Part shown: piece by piece, positions 49,449 through 57,936 of the stretch | Layout: each line of letters starts with the position of its first letter | Numbering within the stretch: the first letter of the stretch is position 1 | From: Chthoniobacterales bacterium | GTDB lineage: Bacteria; Verrucomicrobiota; Verrucomicrobiia; Chthoniobacterales; UBA6821 | Direction of reading: 5' to 3' | Assembly (NCBI GenBank): GCA_049282095.1 | Contig: JBAPTI010000004.1 | Coordinates: 1,770 to 65,769, forward strand | Length of the DNA: 64,000 nucleotides | Notes under the pieces: generated by a model | Seen by the model: the letters and a program-made list of their open reading frames with translations, nothing else | Databases searched by the model: none | What the model was told of the DNA's origin: nothing | Made by a program: the position numbers and the translations under genes

Positions 49449-49542
49449 CGTGTCCTGCTGCTCACTCGTCGAGGATTCCTCTGCCCGGCAGTCCCATCAG
49501 GACTGACAAAGACGATCGCCATGGAAAATTCCGGCGACGGTT

Positions 49543-50457
49543 TCATGCCTGCTGCTTTTGGAGCGCCTCGACTGCGTTAGCAATTCTCCGTGTGAGCAGG
49601 GCCATGCGATGGTAATTGAGTTTTTCGGGCGTGTCGGATGAGCGGTGGTAGTGAGTGTTGCGGCACATGGCCGTGTCGGTGAGCATGATGGCCGGATAGC
49701 CCTCGTCCCAGTAGGAGAGGTGGTCAGACAGACGCAAAAAATCCCCCAGGAAGTCGGTCGAGAGAACAGGCAGGTCGTCGTCGCGTTCGAGTCCTGCATC
49801 GAACGAATCCATGAAATCCCGGGAGATTTCATTTCCGACAATGGCAAGAAAGTTGCCGATCGTAGGGTCGACACCGCTCAGGCGGCAAAAGTGATTGAGC
49901 TCCTCCGGGATGCCGAGAAAGCCAATCAATCCGAGAGACTGGGAGTCCGGCTCGTTGGTAAAAACACCGAGGCTTTCCAGACAGATCATCCCGGCGACGT
50001 TTTCATCGCGCTGACGGCATGATTTGGCATGGACGACACTTCCCATGTTGGAGGTGCAGAAATGAGGAGGCTCCTCGTTGGCAAAGGCGACAAATCGGAG
50101 CGCTTCGGCGCAGGGCTTTCCTGCAAATATCCGGGCCAATTCCAAAAGGATGGCAACAGCGGAGGCGTTGTCATCCGCTCCGGGAGTGCCAGGGGCCGAG
50201 TCGTAATGGGCACCGATGATGTAGTGGGGCTTGTCATAACCGACGAATGTGGACGGTAGAGCTTCGACATTGGCGCAGAGGACACCGTCCGCACGGAATT
50301 CCTGCCGGCTCACCTGATAATCCAGCCCCTGAAACGCTCCCGCCAAATAATTTGCAGCGCGCTCCAAGCCCTCGGGACAATTGCCCGTATTGCGTTCGGA
50401 AGCGCATAGCGTGGCAACATGAGATTTGAGAGCGGATTCGAGTCCTGAAAGATTCAT
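49543..50457 (-). CDS. M28-family zinc peptidase fold (aminopeptidase or glutaminyl-cyclase-like)
   Basis: HYDS, GADDNASAVAILLELAR, NEEPP and SDHLSY metal-ligand blocks. ATG 50457 (MNLSGLE...) is preferred over 50649 because the upstream extension covers a nucleotide-level repeat read in a different frame at its second copy. Confidence 0.7.
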   Translation of the reverse strand: MNLSGLESALKSHVATLCASERNTGNCPEGLERAANYLAGAFQGLDYQVSRQEFRADGVLCANVEALPSTFVGYDKPHYIIGAHYDSAPGTPGADDNASAVAILLELARIFAGKPCAEALRFVAFANEEPPHFCTSNMGSVVHAKSCRQRDENVAGMICLESLGVFTNEPDSQSLGLIGFLGIPEELNHFCRLSGVDPTIGNFLAIVGNEISRDFMDSFDAGLERDDDLPVLSTDFLGDFLRLSDHLSYWDEGYPAIMLTDTAMCRNTHYHRSSDTPEKLNYHRMALLTRRIANAVEALQKQQA

Positions 50458-50486
50458 GGATGAGGTTATCACGATACTGATTTCTT

Positions 50487-50559
50487 CCACCTTACCTCCA
50501 TCCGACGACAGGAAGTGTCTATCCCCATCTTTTTTTCCAGGTGGACACTTCCTGTCGTC
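50487..50559 (-). promoter_or_regulatory. Conserved 5' element copy 1 (33-nt block + 16-bp perfect hairpin)
   Basis: Block 50487-50519 is 30/33 identical to 52492-52524. Stem gacgacaggaagtgtc (50504-50519) pairs with gacacttcctgtcgtc (50544-50559), loop 24 nt. Ends 29 nt upstream of the M28 ATG. Confidence 0.6.
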
Positions 50560-50680
50560 CCCGGTTATGCGATAATCCTCCTTGAAACAGAAGATCAGAA
50601 AGGGCAGCTGACCGGGCGCGAGCCCGTTATGGTGGGATTGCCCGTCCACCCTGTTTCCCTCAACTCAACCACCCCCAAAT

Positions 50681-50818
50681 ATGATCACTGATCCCACGCC
50701 TACCCCTGAAGAGACCATTGCTAAAAAGGCCGAGCCTCAAGCCGATGACTTTGATCTTCCTGCCGAGAGACAGGATGGCACCAACTGCACCGACGACATC
50801 TGCACCGTCTGCCAGTAG
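50681..50818 (+). CDS. 45-aa acidic peptide with Cys/Thr-rich C-terminus (candidate RiPP precursor or small metal-binding peptide)
   Basis: My translation: MITDPTPTPEETIAKKAEPQADDFDLPAERQDGTNCTDDICTVCQ. Below the ORF-track length cutoff. Followed within 45 nt by a strong terminator. Confidence 0.45.
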   Translation: MITDPTPTPEETIAKKAEPQADDFDLPAERQDGTNCTDDICTVCQ

Positions 50819-50860
50819 TAGATTGACGCTCCCAGCTGACTTTGCAAACCGGAGTGCGTA

Positions 50861-50900
50861 GGCCGGGCTAGGGTTAACCCCTTCCCGGCCATTTTCATTT
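50861..50900 (+). terminator. Rho-independent terminator after the 45-codon ORF
   Basis: ggccggg-cta-gggtt/aaccc-ctt-cccggcc composite stem, followed by attttcattt. Confidence 0.7.
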
Positions 50901-51014
50901 CGGGGTCAGTCTGTCTCCTACGTCTTCTCCTCTCTTCACCGGCGCACCTAGCATCCAAGCCCGAACTGATGCTCGCAGGAAAGACCCATCAGCGGAAAAG
51001 CAACGGATAACAGT

Positions 51015-51371
51015 TTATCTGTCCGGGCGATGAGTAGAATCGGGTTCACCATCCGAGGCCAACGAACCAGGCCAGAAGGACGAGAGAACCTTTGGTTGCT
51101 CAGGCGTTGCGGGAGACTCCTTAACTGTATCAACAAGGAGTGAAGGGTCGTTGATGTAGCGATCAAAGAATTCCCGGATCGGCATGGTGATGTTCGATTG
51201 CGGTGTTGGGAAGACGGCCACGAGATCTTCCCCCACAATCTCGCCAGCGAATTTTTCGCCCTTACTGACAACACGGCAGGGGGTGTGCGGGCATCCCTCC
51301 CAATCCATGCGATGAAGGTGATCAATCAGGTGATCAATGACTGCGCGGAGGAGTGGAGGATCGGATTTCAT
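51015..51371 (-). CDS. Hypothetical protein (118 aa)
   Basis: 37 nt downstream of the 342-aa gene on the same strand. No motif recognised. Confidence 0.5.
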   Translation of the reverse strand: MKSDPPLLRAVIDHLIDHLHRMDWEGCPHTPCRVVSKGEKFAGEIVGEDLVAVFPTPQSNITMPIREFFDRYINDPSLLVDTVKESPATPEQPKVLSSFWPGSLASDGEPDSTHRPDR

Positions 51372-51408
51372 GAGGAGTTTACAGATTTTTTCGGGCAGCA
51401 GGATTCAA

Positions 51409-52437
51409 TCAATTCAGCACATCCGCCAGATCGTTCATGAATGCGGTCAAAACCGAATGCTCCTCGTCGCACTCGCCGGGTAATGAAGAAAACCGCACCT
51501 TGATATAGGCATCGAAACGGCCCGCCAGCAGAATCGTCGACATGAATCTTTCCTCTTCGGGTAAGGCCGTGCCGATCAGAAATCTGGCGTCTCTGAAGGG
51601 AAGAGCATCCCTGCCGTAGGTCGTGACACTGTTGCGAAGTGCCTTGAGACCGGAGACTGCATGGTGGGCTTCCAGCTCCGATACAGAGCCTTCCATCTGT
51701 GCTATCACTTGGTCCGAATCATGACCGGGTTCGATCAGCTCCTCCTGGAGATCGTAGATGTAGAGATCTACTTTACGGCCATCATCATCCCCATAGCGCA
51801 GGCTGATCCCTTCTCCGGGACCCGTGGACTCATAATCCGTGGCGAAGCAATAGGACATACCCCCCATCTCCTCGGGAAAGCGAATCCGGATTTTGTCGAC
51901 GGACAACCAAGAGGTCGATGAGTTGATGCGAGGTTCGCCCATGCTGCAGTAGGCGAATCGCATGGAGTTCTTGAGGAGATGATCCAGCCCTGCAAAACTA
52001 GGATCACCATGCCACGCCTCAGCTCCCCTTAGTGCCATGGAACTTCCGATGAACGACCGATCCTCCGTCAAGTGACCCAGCAGGTAATAGGACCGGCATT
52101 CGCCATCCGCCATGGAGTAATGACTGGTCATCATGAACCCATTGGCCATGGGTATCAGCCTGAGCGGGCCATCTTCCGGGAAGCCTGGGATGAACTTCCT
52201 CATCGTCTGATCGATGGATTCGGTGGAAACTCCGAATTGCTCGAGGTCATCACTATCGAAGGCGCAAGTTGCCCATTCGATCTCCAGCGGAAGATCTCCC
52301 ACTGAAAAAATCATGGAACCCTTCTCGGAAGTCGTTCGAAAAACCAATTCCGAGGGGAGTTGAATCCGGAAGATCCCATCATCGTAAATCTCTGATTCGC
52401 CCGAAAACTCGAGATTGCCCTTTGGGATGATGTTCAT
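51409..52437 (-). CDS. Hypothetical protein (342 aa, orphan)
   Basis: ATG 52437 (MNIIPKGNLEF...). The upstream 43 codons of the ORF-track entry cover the conserved non-coding block. No motif recognised. Confidence 0.55.
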   Translation of the reverse strand: MNIIPKGNLEFSGESEIYDDGIFRIQLPSELVFRTTSEKGSMIFSVGDLPLEIEWATCAFDSDDLEQFGVSTESIDQTMRKFIPGFPEDGPLRLIPMANGFMMTSHYSMADGECRSYYLLGHLTEDRSFIGSSMALRGAEAWHGDPSFAGLDHLLKNSMRFAYCSMGEPRINSSTSWLSVDKIRIRFPEEMGGMSYCFATDYESTGPGEGISLRYGDDDGRKVDLYIYDLQEELIEPGHDSDQVIAQMEGSVSELEAHHAVSGLKALRNSVTTYGRDALPFRDARFLIGTALPEEERFMSTILLAGRFDAYIKVRFSSLPGECDEEHSVLTAFMNDLADVLN

Positions 52438-52491
52438 GGGGAGTGTGAGGATGTGTTGGAAAATGGATGGTATGAAATTAGTGCGATAATT

Positions 52492-52563
52492 CCACTCTAC
52501 CTCCATCCGACGACAGGATGTGTCCACCTGGTGGTTTTTGACGGAATCACGACATCTCCTGTC
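52492..52563 (-). promoter_or_regulatory. Conserved 5' element copy 2
   Basis: Block 52492-52524 (ccactctacctccatccgacgacaggatgtgtc). Imperfect partner arm gacatctcctgtc at 52551-52563. Ends 54 nt upstream of ATG 52437. Confidence 0.6.
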
Positions 52564-52634
52564 CATCCTGCGGTGGCAAAATCCATTCTTTCAAACGACG
52601 ATTCCACCCAGATCTCCATTCCCTGTCCTCTCCA

Positions 52635-53372
52635 ATGCCCCGCATCGCTCTCATCTCCGATATCCATGGCAACATTGATGCCCTGGAAGCCGTGGTTGAG
52701 GACATCGGACGGCAACGGATCGATGAGATCTTCTGCCTCGGGGATATCGTCGGCTACGGGGCGGCTCCTGCCGAGTGCCTGCAGCTGGTTCGCGAGCACT
52801 GCACAGAGACGATCCTGGGCAACCATGATGAGTATCTGGTCAAGGGGCCCGATAACTATGTCCTGAGCAAGCGGATCGGTATCCCGCTCCTGCTTGCCCG
52901 GCAGACGATTCCCGGTGAGGACTTGCAGTGGCTGAGAGAGCGCCCCTACACGGTTGATCGGCACGGCTTCTCGATCGTCCATGGGACCCTGCACCACCCT
53001 GAGGAGTTCTACTACCTGCTGGAGCGCCGGGATGCAGTTCTGCACTTTGAGCAGCAGCGCACCCCGCTCTGCTTCCACGGGCATTCCCACCGTCCTCTCA
53101 TCACCCTGTCACAGCCCGATGGAGACATCCGTTGGGGCATCCCGTGGGAGACCGAGACGCTGCTTGACCGGAACCAAAGGCTGGCGATCAATGTTGGCTC
53201 CGTCGGCCAGCCTCGGGATCAGGATCCCCGCGCCGCCTACGGGATCTACGACATGGAGCAGAACTCCTTCACCCTGCGCAGAGTGGACTACGACATCGAG
53301 AAGGCCATTCAACGAATCGTGGACGCCGGAATTCCCGAGGAGAATGCCCGAAGGTTACGGGATGGGGTATGA
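52635..53372 (+). CDS. Calcineurin-like metallophosphoesterase
   Basis: SDIHGN, GDIVGYG, GNHD and HGHSH motifs. 245 aa. Confidence 0.8.
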   Translation: MPRIALISDIHGNIDALEAVVEDIGRQRIDEIFCLGDIVGYGAAPAECLQLVREHCTETILGNHDEYLVKGPDNYVLSKRIGIPLLLARQTIPGEDLQWLRERPYTVDRHGFSIVHGTLHHPEEFYYLLERRDAVLHFEQQRTPLCFHGHSHRPLITLSQPDGDIRWGIPWETETLLDRNQRLAINVGSVGQPRDQDPRAAYGIYDMEQNSFTLRRVDYDIEKAIQRIVDAGIPEENARRLRDGV

Positions 53373-53385
53373 AGAGGTTGGGCAC

Positions 53386-53841
53386 TTACTCTCTTTGTTT
53401 CAGGGATTCAAGAGCGTCGTCGTATGCTTGTTGTAATCTAGCAGCTTTTTGAGCTCTCTCTCTTAGAGTTCTGGAGGTTACCTTCCCTGACTTTTTTGGG
53501 TGACTTGCAGCTAAGAGTTTTTCATATGCAGCATGAATCTCTTGCTCAGTTGCATATGGCTTGATTTTAAAAACTCTCCACCAAGGGTCGCGATCATCAG
53601 GAAGCGAAGACAACACGATTATTTTTTCTGATTTAGATAAAGAACTTTCCTTTTTTGAAAATGGATCTTTTGAAAGCCTGAAATCAGGAAACTTTATTTC
53701 GCCCCTTTGCACTTTCCCACGTAGCCACCCAGCGAAATCTTTACTTTTACTATACAAGTATCCAATAGCCGCTCGTTTTTGTTGTGGGGAAAGTTGATCC
53801 CAGTAACTTTTTGCTGTTTCAAACGCAGTTTTCTTTTTCAT
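53386..53841 (-). CDS. J-domain-like protein (HPD replaced by HPK)
   Basis: C-terminal ATEQEIHAAYEKLLAASHPKK...AQKAARLQQAYDDAL follows the J-domain helix II / loop / helix III pattern. AT-rich gene. Confidence 0.45.
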   Translation of the reverse strand: MKKKTAFETAKSYWDQLSPQQKRAAIGYLYSKSKDFAGWLRGKVQRGEIKFPDFRLSKDPFSKKESSLSKSEKIIVLSSLPDDRDPWWRVFKIKPYATEQEIHAAYEKLLAASHPKKSGKVTSRTLRERAQKAARLQQAYDDALESLKQRE

Positions 53842-54382
53842 CGTCACGCCTGCTCGTTTCTTTTTTAGTAACTAACACATTTTTTATATCTTGAAAGAAT
53901 TTGGGCCAACTAAAATAGGCAAACGCCTTTCTAATCTCTAGCATCTTTTTACTGATGTCATATTCATCATTTTCCATAAATGTTTTAACAAAATCTGATG
54001 TTGTTCTCCATCTGTCTGCGCCGACTATAAACAATAGATCTTCATCTTTGAAATCACCACAAATAATCCTCCACCAAATTGTTGAAAATGGTATTGGGCC
54101 TATTATATCGGATCCTTCTTTTCTATAAAAAACCCATGGATCCTCGTCATTCTCTCGACCTGTAAAAGAAATATTCTTCCCGTGTACTGGGGAAGGAGGT
54201 ATTGCGCTACTAAGAGGCTGTGCATTGTCTATTATGTCATTAATCTTAAACAAATCATCTTCTTTAAGATGACCAATACGAAACAATGATATCACAATAT
54301 CATAAGGCCAAGAACCCAACTCGGAACCATCTCTATAGATTGTTAGATATTTTTTATCTTTTTTCTGAATATCGGATTTCAT
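53819..54382 (-). CDS. Protein with two GYF_2 (DUF4339)-like domains
   Basis: YLTIYRDGSELGSWPYDIVISLFRIGHLKEDDLF and WVFYRKEGSDIIGPIPFSTIWWRIICGDFKDEDLLFIVGADRW. AT-rich gene that overlaps the next gene. Confidence 0.5.
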   Translation of the reverse strand: MKSDIQKKDKKYLTIYRDGSELGSWPYDIVISLFRIGHLKEDDLFKINDIIDNAQPLSSAIPPSPVHGKNISFTGRENDEDPWVFYRKEGSDIIGPIPFSTIWWRIICGDFKDEDLLFIVGADRWRTTSDFVKTFMENDEYDISKKMLEIRKAFAYFSWPKFFQDIKNVLVTKKETSRRDDEKENCV

Positions 54383-54434
54383 AGTTTGTTAGGATTTGGG
54401 AATCGCTTAGTTTATAGGCAATCAAGCGTATTAT

Positions 54435-57365
54435 TTATTGAATGGGCTTGATGCAATCAGAGGTGATGTAGGGGGTTGGATCGGTGATGATTGGGGGGAG
54501 GCCGGGGGCGGTGACGGGTTGGCCGGCGGTGATTCTCGCGGCGACGGATTGGTTGAGCGCGAGAAGCTGGGCGAGGAGGTCGGCCTTGGGATCGAAGCCG
54601 TAGGCCGAAAGGACAGCGGCATCGAGTGCGGCATGGGCATCCTTCAGCGGATTGGCTCCGGGGAGTTCGAGGGTGCGGTAGAGAGCACGGAGGCCGCCTT
54701 TGAGGTGTTGGATCGCCTCTTCGCGGATGCGGCGAACTTCACGCCCCGCTGCGGCCACGGCCTCGATAGCCTTGGCACTAGGGTCCTGTGGCCACGGGAA
54801 GGTGTCGAAGACAGATTCCGCACTGTAACGGAAATCGGATTTTAGTTTTCCGCATTTGGTAACAAACCAAAGCCAGTGCAGATGGGACTGAAGGATTCCG
54901 AAGCTGTAATCATCGGCAAATCCAAAAACCTGAATCAGATTGCTGGGCCTGAAAGCCTGATCGATGAATAGGAAGACCGGTCGCTTGGTGACATAGGCAC
55001 ACGCGAGGTAGCGAGGAAGGGGACGCAGGACGGAGAGCATCTCCGGACGGCCAAAGCTGAGTTGCCACCAGCGGGCTAGGAAGGCTTTGTGATGGCCGCG
55101 CATGTTCCCATCAGCATCTTTGCCATCCTCAGCCTTCTTCTCTCGATCGGGCAGGACTTGGGTCTTCACCCAGTCAAAGGCTCCACTGTATCCCGCTGCC
55201 GTGAGTTGATCCATCTGCTCGAAATCCAAAACAAATCGGCTGCTTGTACCCTTAGTCAGAACCTCTAGCCCATTCAAATACGGGTGAATCACCGCAGATG
55301 ATTTTGGATCTTTAATCAGAATCTCGTCTCTCTGTTCCTTCGTGAGCAAAAATCCTTCATGTCCGAGCATCTGGCCATTGAAACAGCGCTGGGGTTTGGT
55401 ATTGCAGTCGAGTGGCCCGGCTGTGCTGACATCGGTCTGATCGCTCAGGGCTGAGTTGATGACCGGAACATCACGGAAGTTGAGTTCGTATTCTTTCGAG
55501 GCTTTTTTCCCCTGTTTCTTCCACTGCTTTTTTGTCGCGGCGGAGGGCTCGACCTTATGCCAGAGGCGGCGGGTTCTCGGTAGGAGAGCGGGCTCCTGGG
55601 TCTTCACCCAATTCGCAATGGAGACGTGGACATTCGCCTCGCCGCTCCAGGGCTGGTTATCGACGGCCTCCACGATGGTGCCCTCCTTCACGATGTGATC
55701 GAGGCCGCCGACACGGGAGGCGTTGTTGCGGATGTTCTGTGTGCCGACGAGTCCGGCGCGGCCAGCTACGGGATCGGCAGGAGTACAAGGAGGCAAGTGG
55801 TCATGGGCGCGGCGGAACCAATAGACGCAGAAGTCGGCCATGCCGGGCACTTCGGGGTAGAGGGCGCGGAGTTTCTTCACGTAGTCGGGGCCGAGCTCGG
55901 GCTTGAGCAACTTGGCTCCGAGGAAGGGGGGATTTCCGATGATGGCGTCGGCCTTGGCCCATTCGGTGCGGGTGGCTTTTCCATCGGCTCCCTCGACGAG
56001 GAGGGCATCAGAGGCGATGAAGTTTCGATCGAGATTGTCGAGTGGCAGGGGACGCTCGGTGATGTGGAGTTCATCGATGGCGAGCTTCCTCGCGATCATC
56101 ATTGTGACCTTGGCCAGCTCAACGGCGAAGGGGTTGATGTCCATGCCGTGGAAGTTCTGTGCCGAGAGGAAGGAGAGGCGCATTTGGTCGCCGGCGGCCT
56201 TGCTCGGGAACTCGGTGTCGAGGCGTTCGTAGATGCGGGCCTCGAGGCGCTTCATCTCGCGGTAGGCAATGTAGAGGAAGTTCCCGGAGCCACAGGCGGG
56301 GTCGAGAACCTGGAACTCCTGAAGGCGGTGGAGGAGCTTTCCAAGGTCACGGGCGGTGGTGGCCTTCTCGATCTCCTTGCGCCATGGCTCGACGATTGTA
56401 GGGCCGACGATCTTCATGATGTCGGCGGGGTGGGTGAAGTGGGCGCCGGAGGCGTGGCGCTCTTCCTTGTCCAAGGTCTGCTCGAAGACGGTGCCGAAGA
56501 TCTCGGGCTGGACCTTGGACCAGTCGGAGGCCGCGCATTCCCGGAGCAGGACGATCTCGGGGCCTGTGAGTTCGAGCTCGGCGGGCTGACTGAAGACGCC
56601 GCCATTGAAGTAGGGGACGCCCTTGAAACGGCCTCCGGCGTTTCCGGAGGAGTTGTTCATCGCTCGGAAGAGGCCTCCAATGAGGTCGTAGCTGGTCTTC
56701 TCATCGACCTCGTCAAGGAGGCGGGTGACGAAATAGCGCTCCAAGAGCCCGATATCCTCGGCAAAGAAGGCGATCAGGATCTGGAGGATGAAGCGTTGGG
56801 CGAGAGGACGATCGACGCCCCGGGAGACGAGAAGATTGAAGCACTTCGCGAGCTTCGCCGCGGCCTCACGGGTGACGGCGACGTGCTCATTCTCAAAGAC
56901 GGGCTTGGGCTGGTCGGGGAAGAGGAAGGCGAGGGAGCCGTAGTTCTCTGCAAGGTCGGCCAGCTTGACCCTTCCTACGGGTGAATCCATCTGGGTCTCG
57001 AAGTCGTAGATCTCGAACTCGTCGAAGTTGCAGAGGATGACGTAGCGTGGGCGGCCGGGAACGAGTCGCGTCCAGTAGTCGAAGGCCTGGCGGTAGTGTT
57101 TCGAGAGCACGGTGCCGCGCTTCTTCATCTCGATCAGGACGAGCGGCTTCCAGACGAAGTCGGCAAAGGCGGTGCCGCCGCCATCCTCAGAGGCCTTGCG
57201 AACGCGGTACTCGGGCTCACCTCCCACATCGAGCGATCCGGGGTGACCGAATGCCTGAAAGAGGCGGTCGAGGAAGATGTGGGCTTCTCCCTTCTCATCC
57301 CCCTTCACATGGAGGCGCGCCCACTCGATAAAGGAGGAGAGTTTGTCGGTGCGGGAATCGCTCAT
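54435..57365 (-). CDS. MmeI-family type IIL restriction-modification enzyme (fused nuclease / N6-adenine methyltransferase / TRD)
   Basis: 976 aa. N-terminal D...ExK nuclease block (FADFVWKPLVLIEMKKRG), methyltransferase motif I VLDPACGSGNFL and motif IV IIGNPPFLG. Confidence 0.75.
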   Translation of the reverse strand: MSDSRTDKLSSFIEWARLHVKGDEKGEAHIFLDRLFQAFGHPGSLDVGGEPEYRVRKASEDGGGTAFADFVWKPLVLIEMKKRGTVLSKHYRQAFDYWTRLVPGRPRYVILCNFDEFEIYDFETQMDSPVGRVKLADLAENYGSLAFLFPDQPKPVFENEHVAVTREAAAKLAKCFNLLVSRGVDRPLAQRFILQILIAFFAEDIGLLERYFVTRLLDEVDEKTSYDLIGGLFRAMNNSSGNAGGRFKGVPYFNGGVFSQPAELELTGPEIVLLRECAASDWSKVQPEIFGTVFEQTLDKEERHASGAHFTHPADIMKIVGPTIVEPWRKEIEKATTARDLGKLLHRLQEFQVLDPACGSGNFLYIAYREMKRLEARIYERLDTEFPSKAAGDQMRLSFLSAQNFHGMDINPFAVELAKVTMMIARKLAIDELHITERPLPLDNLDRNFIASDALLVEGADGKATRTEWAKADAIIGNPPFLGAKLLKPELGPDYVKKLRALYPEVPGMADFCVYWFRRAHDHLPPCTPADPVAGRAGLVGTQNIRNNASRVGGLDHIVKEGTIVEAVDNQPWSGEANVHVSIANWVKTQEPALLPRTRRLWHKVEPSAATKKQWKKQGKKASKEYELNFRDVPVINSALSDQTDVSTAGPLDCNTKPQRCFNGQMLGHEGFLLTKEQRDEILIKDPKSSAVIHPYLNGLEVLTKGTSSRFVLDFEQMDQLTAAGYSGAFDWVKTQVLPDREKKAEDGKDADGNMRGHHKAFLARWWQLSFGRPEMLSVLRPLPRYLACAYVTKRPVFLFIDQAFRPSNLIQVFGFADDYSFGILQSHLHWLWFVTKCGKLKSDFRYSAESVFDTFPWPQDPSAKAIEAVAAAGREVRRIREEAIQHLKGGLRALYRTLELPGANPLKDAHAALDAAVLSAYGFDPKADLLAQLLALNQSVAARITAGQPVTAPGLPPIITDPTPYITSDCIKPIQ

Positions 57366-57454
57366 AGGGGAGATGTGAGACGTTTAGCGGATGAGCGACT
57401 CTCTGGCGAGGGGATTGACTGACTGGAGCAGGCTCTTGATGCGAACAAAGGGGG

Positions 57455-57919
57455 TTATCGGAAATTTCCGTGAATCCATCGGGCGTGGGCAAAGCAGCTC
57501 TCGATGATCCGATCACGAACGAGGTGTTCGGCCTCGGTATCCGACAACTTCCGATCCTCCATGACCGGGAGGATGATTTCCTCGTGAAGCTCCCAATCGC
57601 TCATGCGCGGAAGCTTCCCGTAGAGCGCGAAGAGATCGGCGGCCATGTCCCAGTAGTAGCGCCACATCCCGGTGAGGCTTTCCGAAACCTCGGAATCCCT
57701 CACCCACTCACAGAATGCCTGATACGAGGCGAATCTCCCCTCGATCAACGCATCAGGCCCCATGACCTCGTCGCAGAGATCGCCCAGGATGCTGACTGCT
57801 GTCATCAGGAAGGAGCGCATGGCGCCCGCCCCGGTGAGGAGATGGTAGGTGTCCGAGGCTCTTTCTGACTCCGAAAGGAAGTCGTCGATGGTGAGTCGGG
57901 GTTGCTGGTGGCTGGCCAT
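57455..57919 (-). CDS. Hypothetical protein (about 154 aa)
   Basis: ATG 57919 (MASHQQPRL...) lies 17 nt after the upstream gene stop. No motif recognised. Confidence 0.5.
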   Translation of the reverse strand: MASHQQPRLTIDDFLSESERASDTYHLLTGAGAMRSFLMTAVSILGDLCDEVMGPDALIEGRFASYQAFCEWVRDSEVSESLTGMWRYYWDMAADLFALYGKLPRMSDWELHEEIILPVMEDRKLSDTEAEHLVRDRIIESCFAHARWIHGNFR

Positions 57920-57936
57920 GGGGTGGAAAAAGTCTG

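Noticed and set aside
50458-50649. N-terminal extension of the M28 gene, and likewise 52438..52566 for the 342-aa gene
   Set aside because: The extensions cover the shared 33-nt block, which is translated in different frames at the two loci. The conservation is therefore at nucleotide level and the downstream ATGs are preferred.
50681-50818. Calling the 45-aa peptide a class I lanthipeptide precursor
   Set aside because: FDLP only approximates the FNLD box, and no LanB/LanC/LanM/LanKC, radical-SAM, YcaO or DUF692 gene is visible within the window. It is kept only as a generic candidate RiPP or small Cys-peptide.
55626-56984. 452-aa plus-strand ORF
   Set aside because: It is antisense to the MmeI-like gene, which carries unambiguous methyltransferase motifs. 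Its Gly/Glu/Val-rich sequence has no motif.
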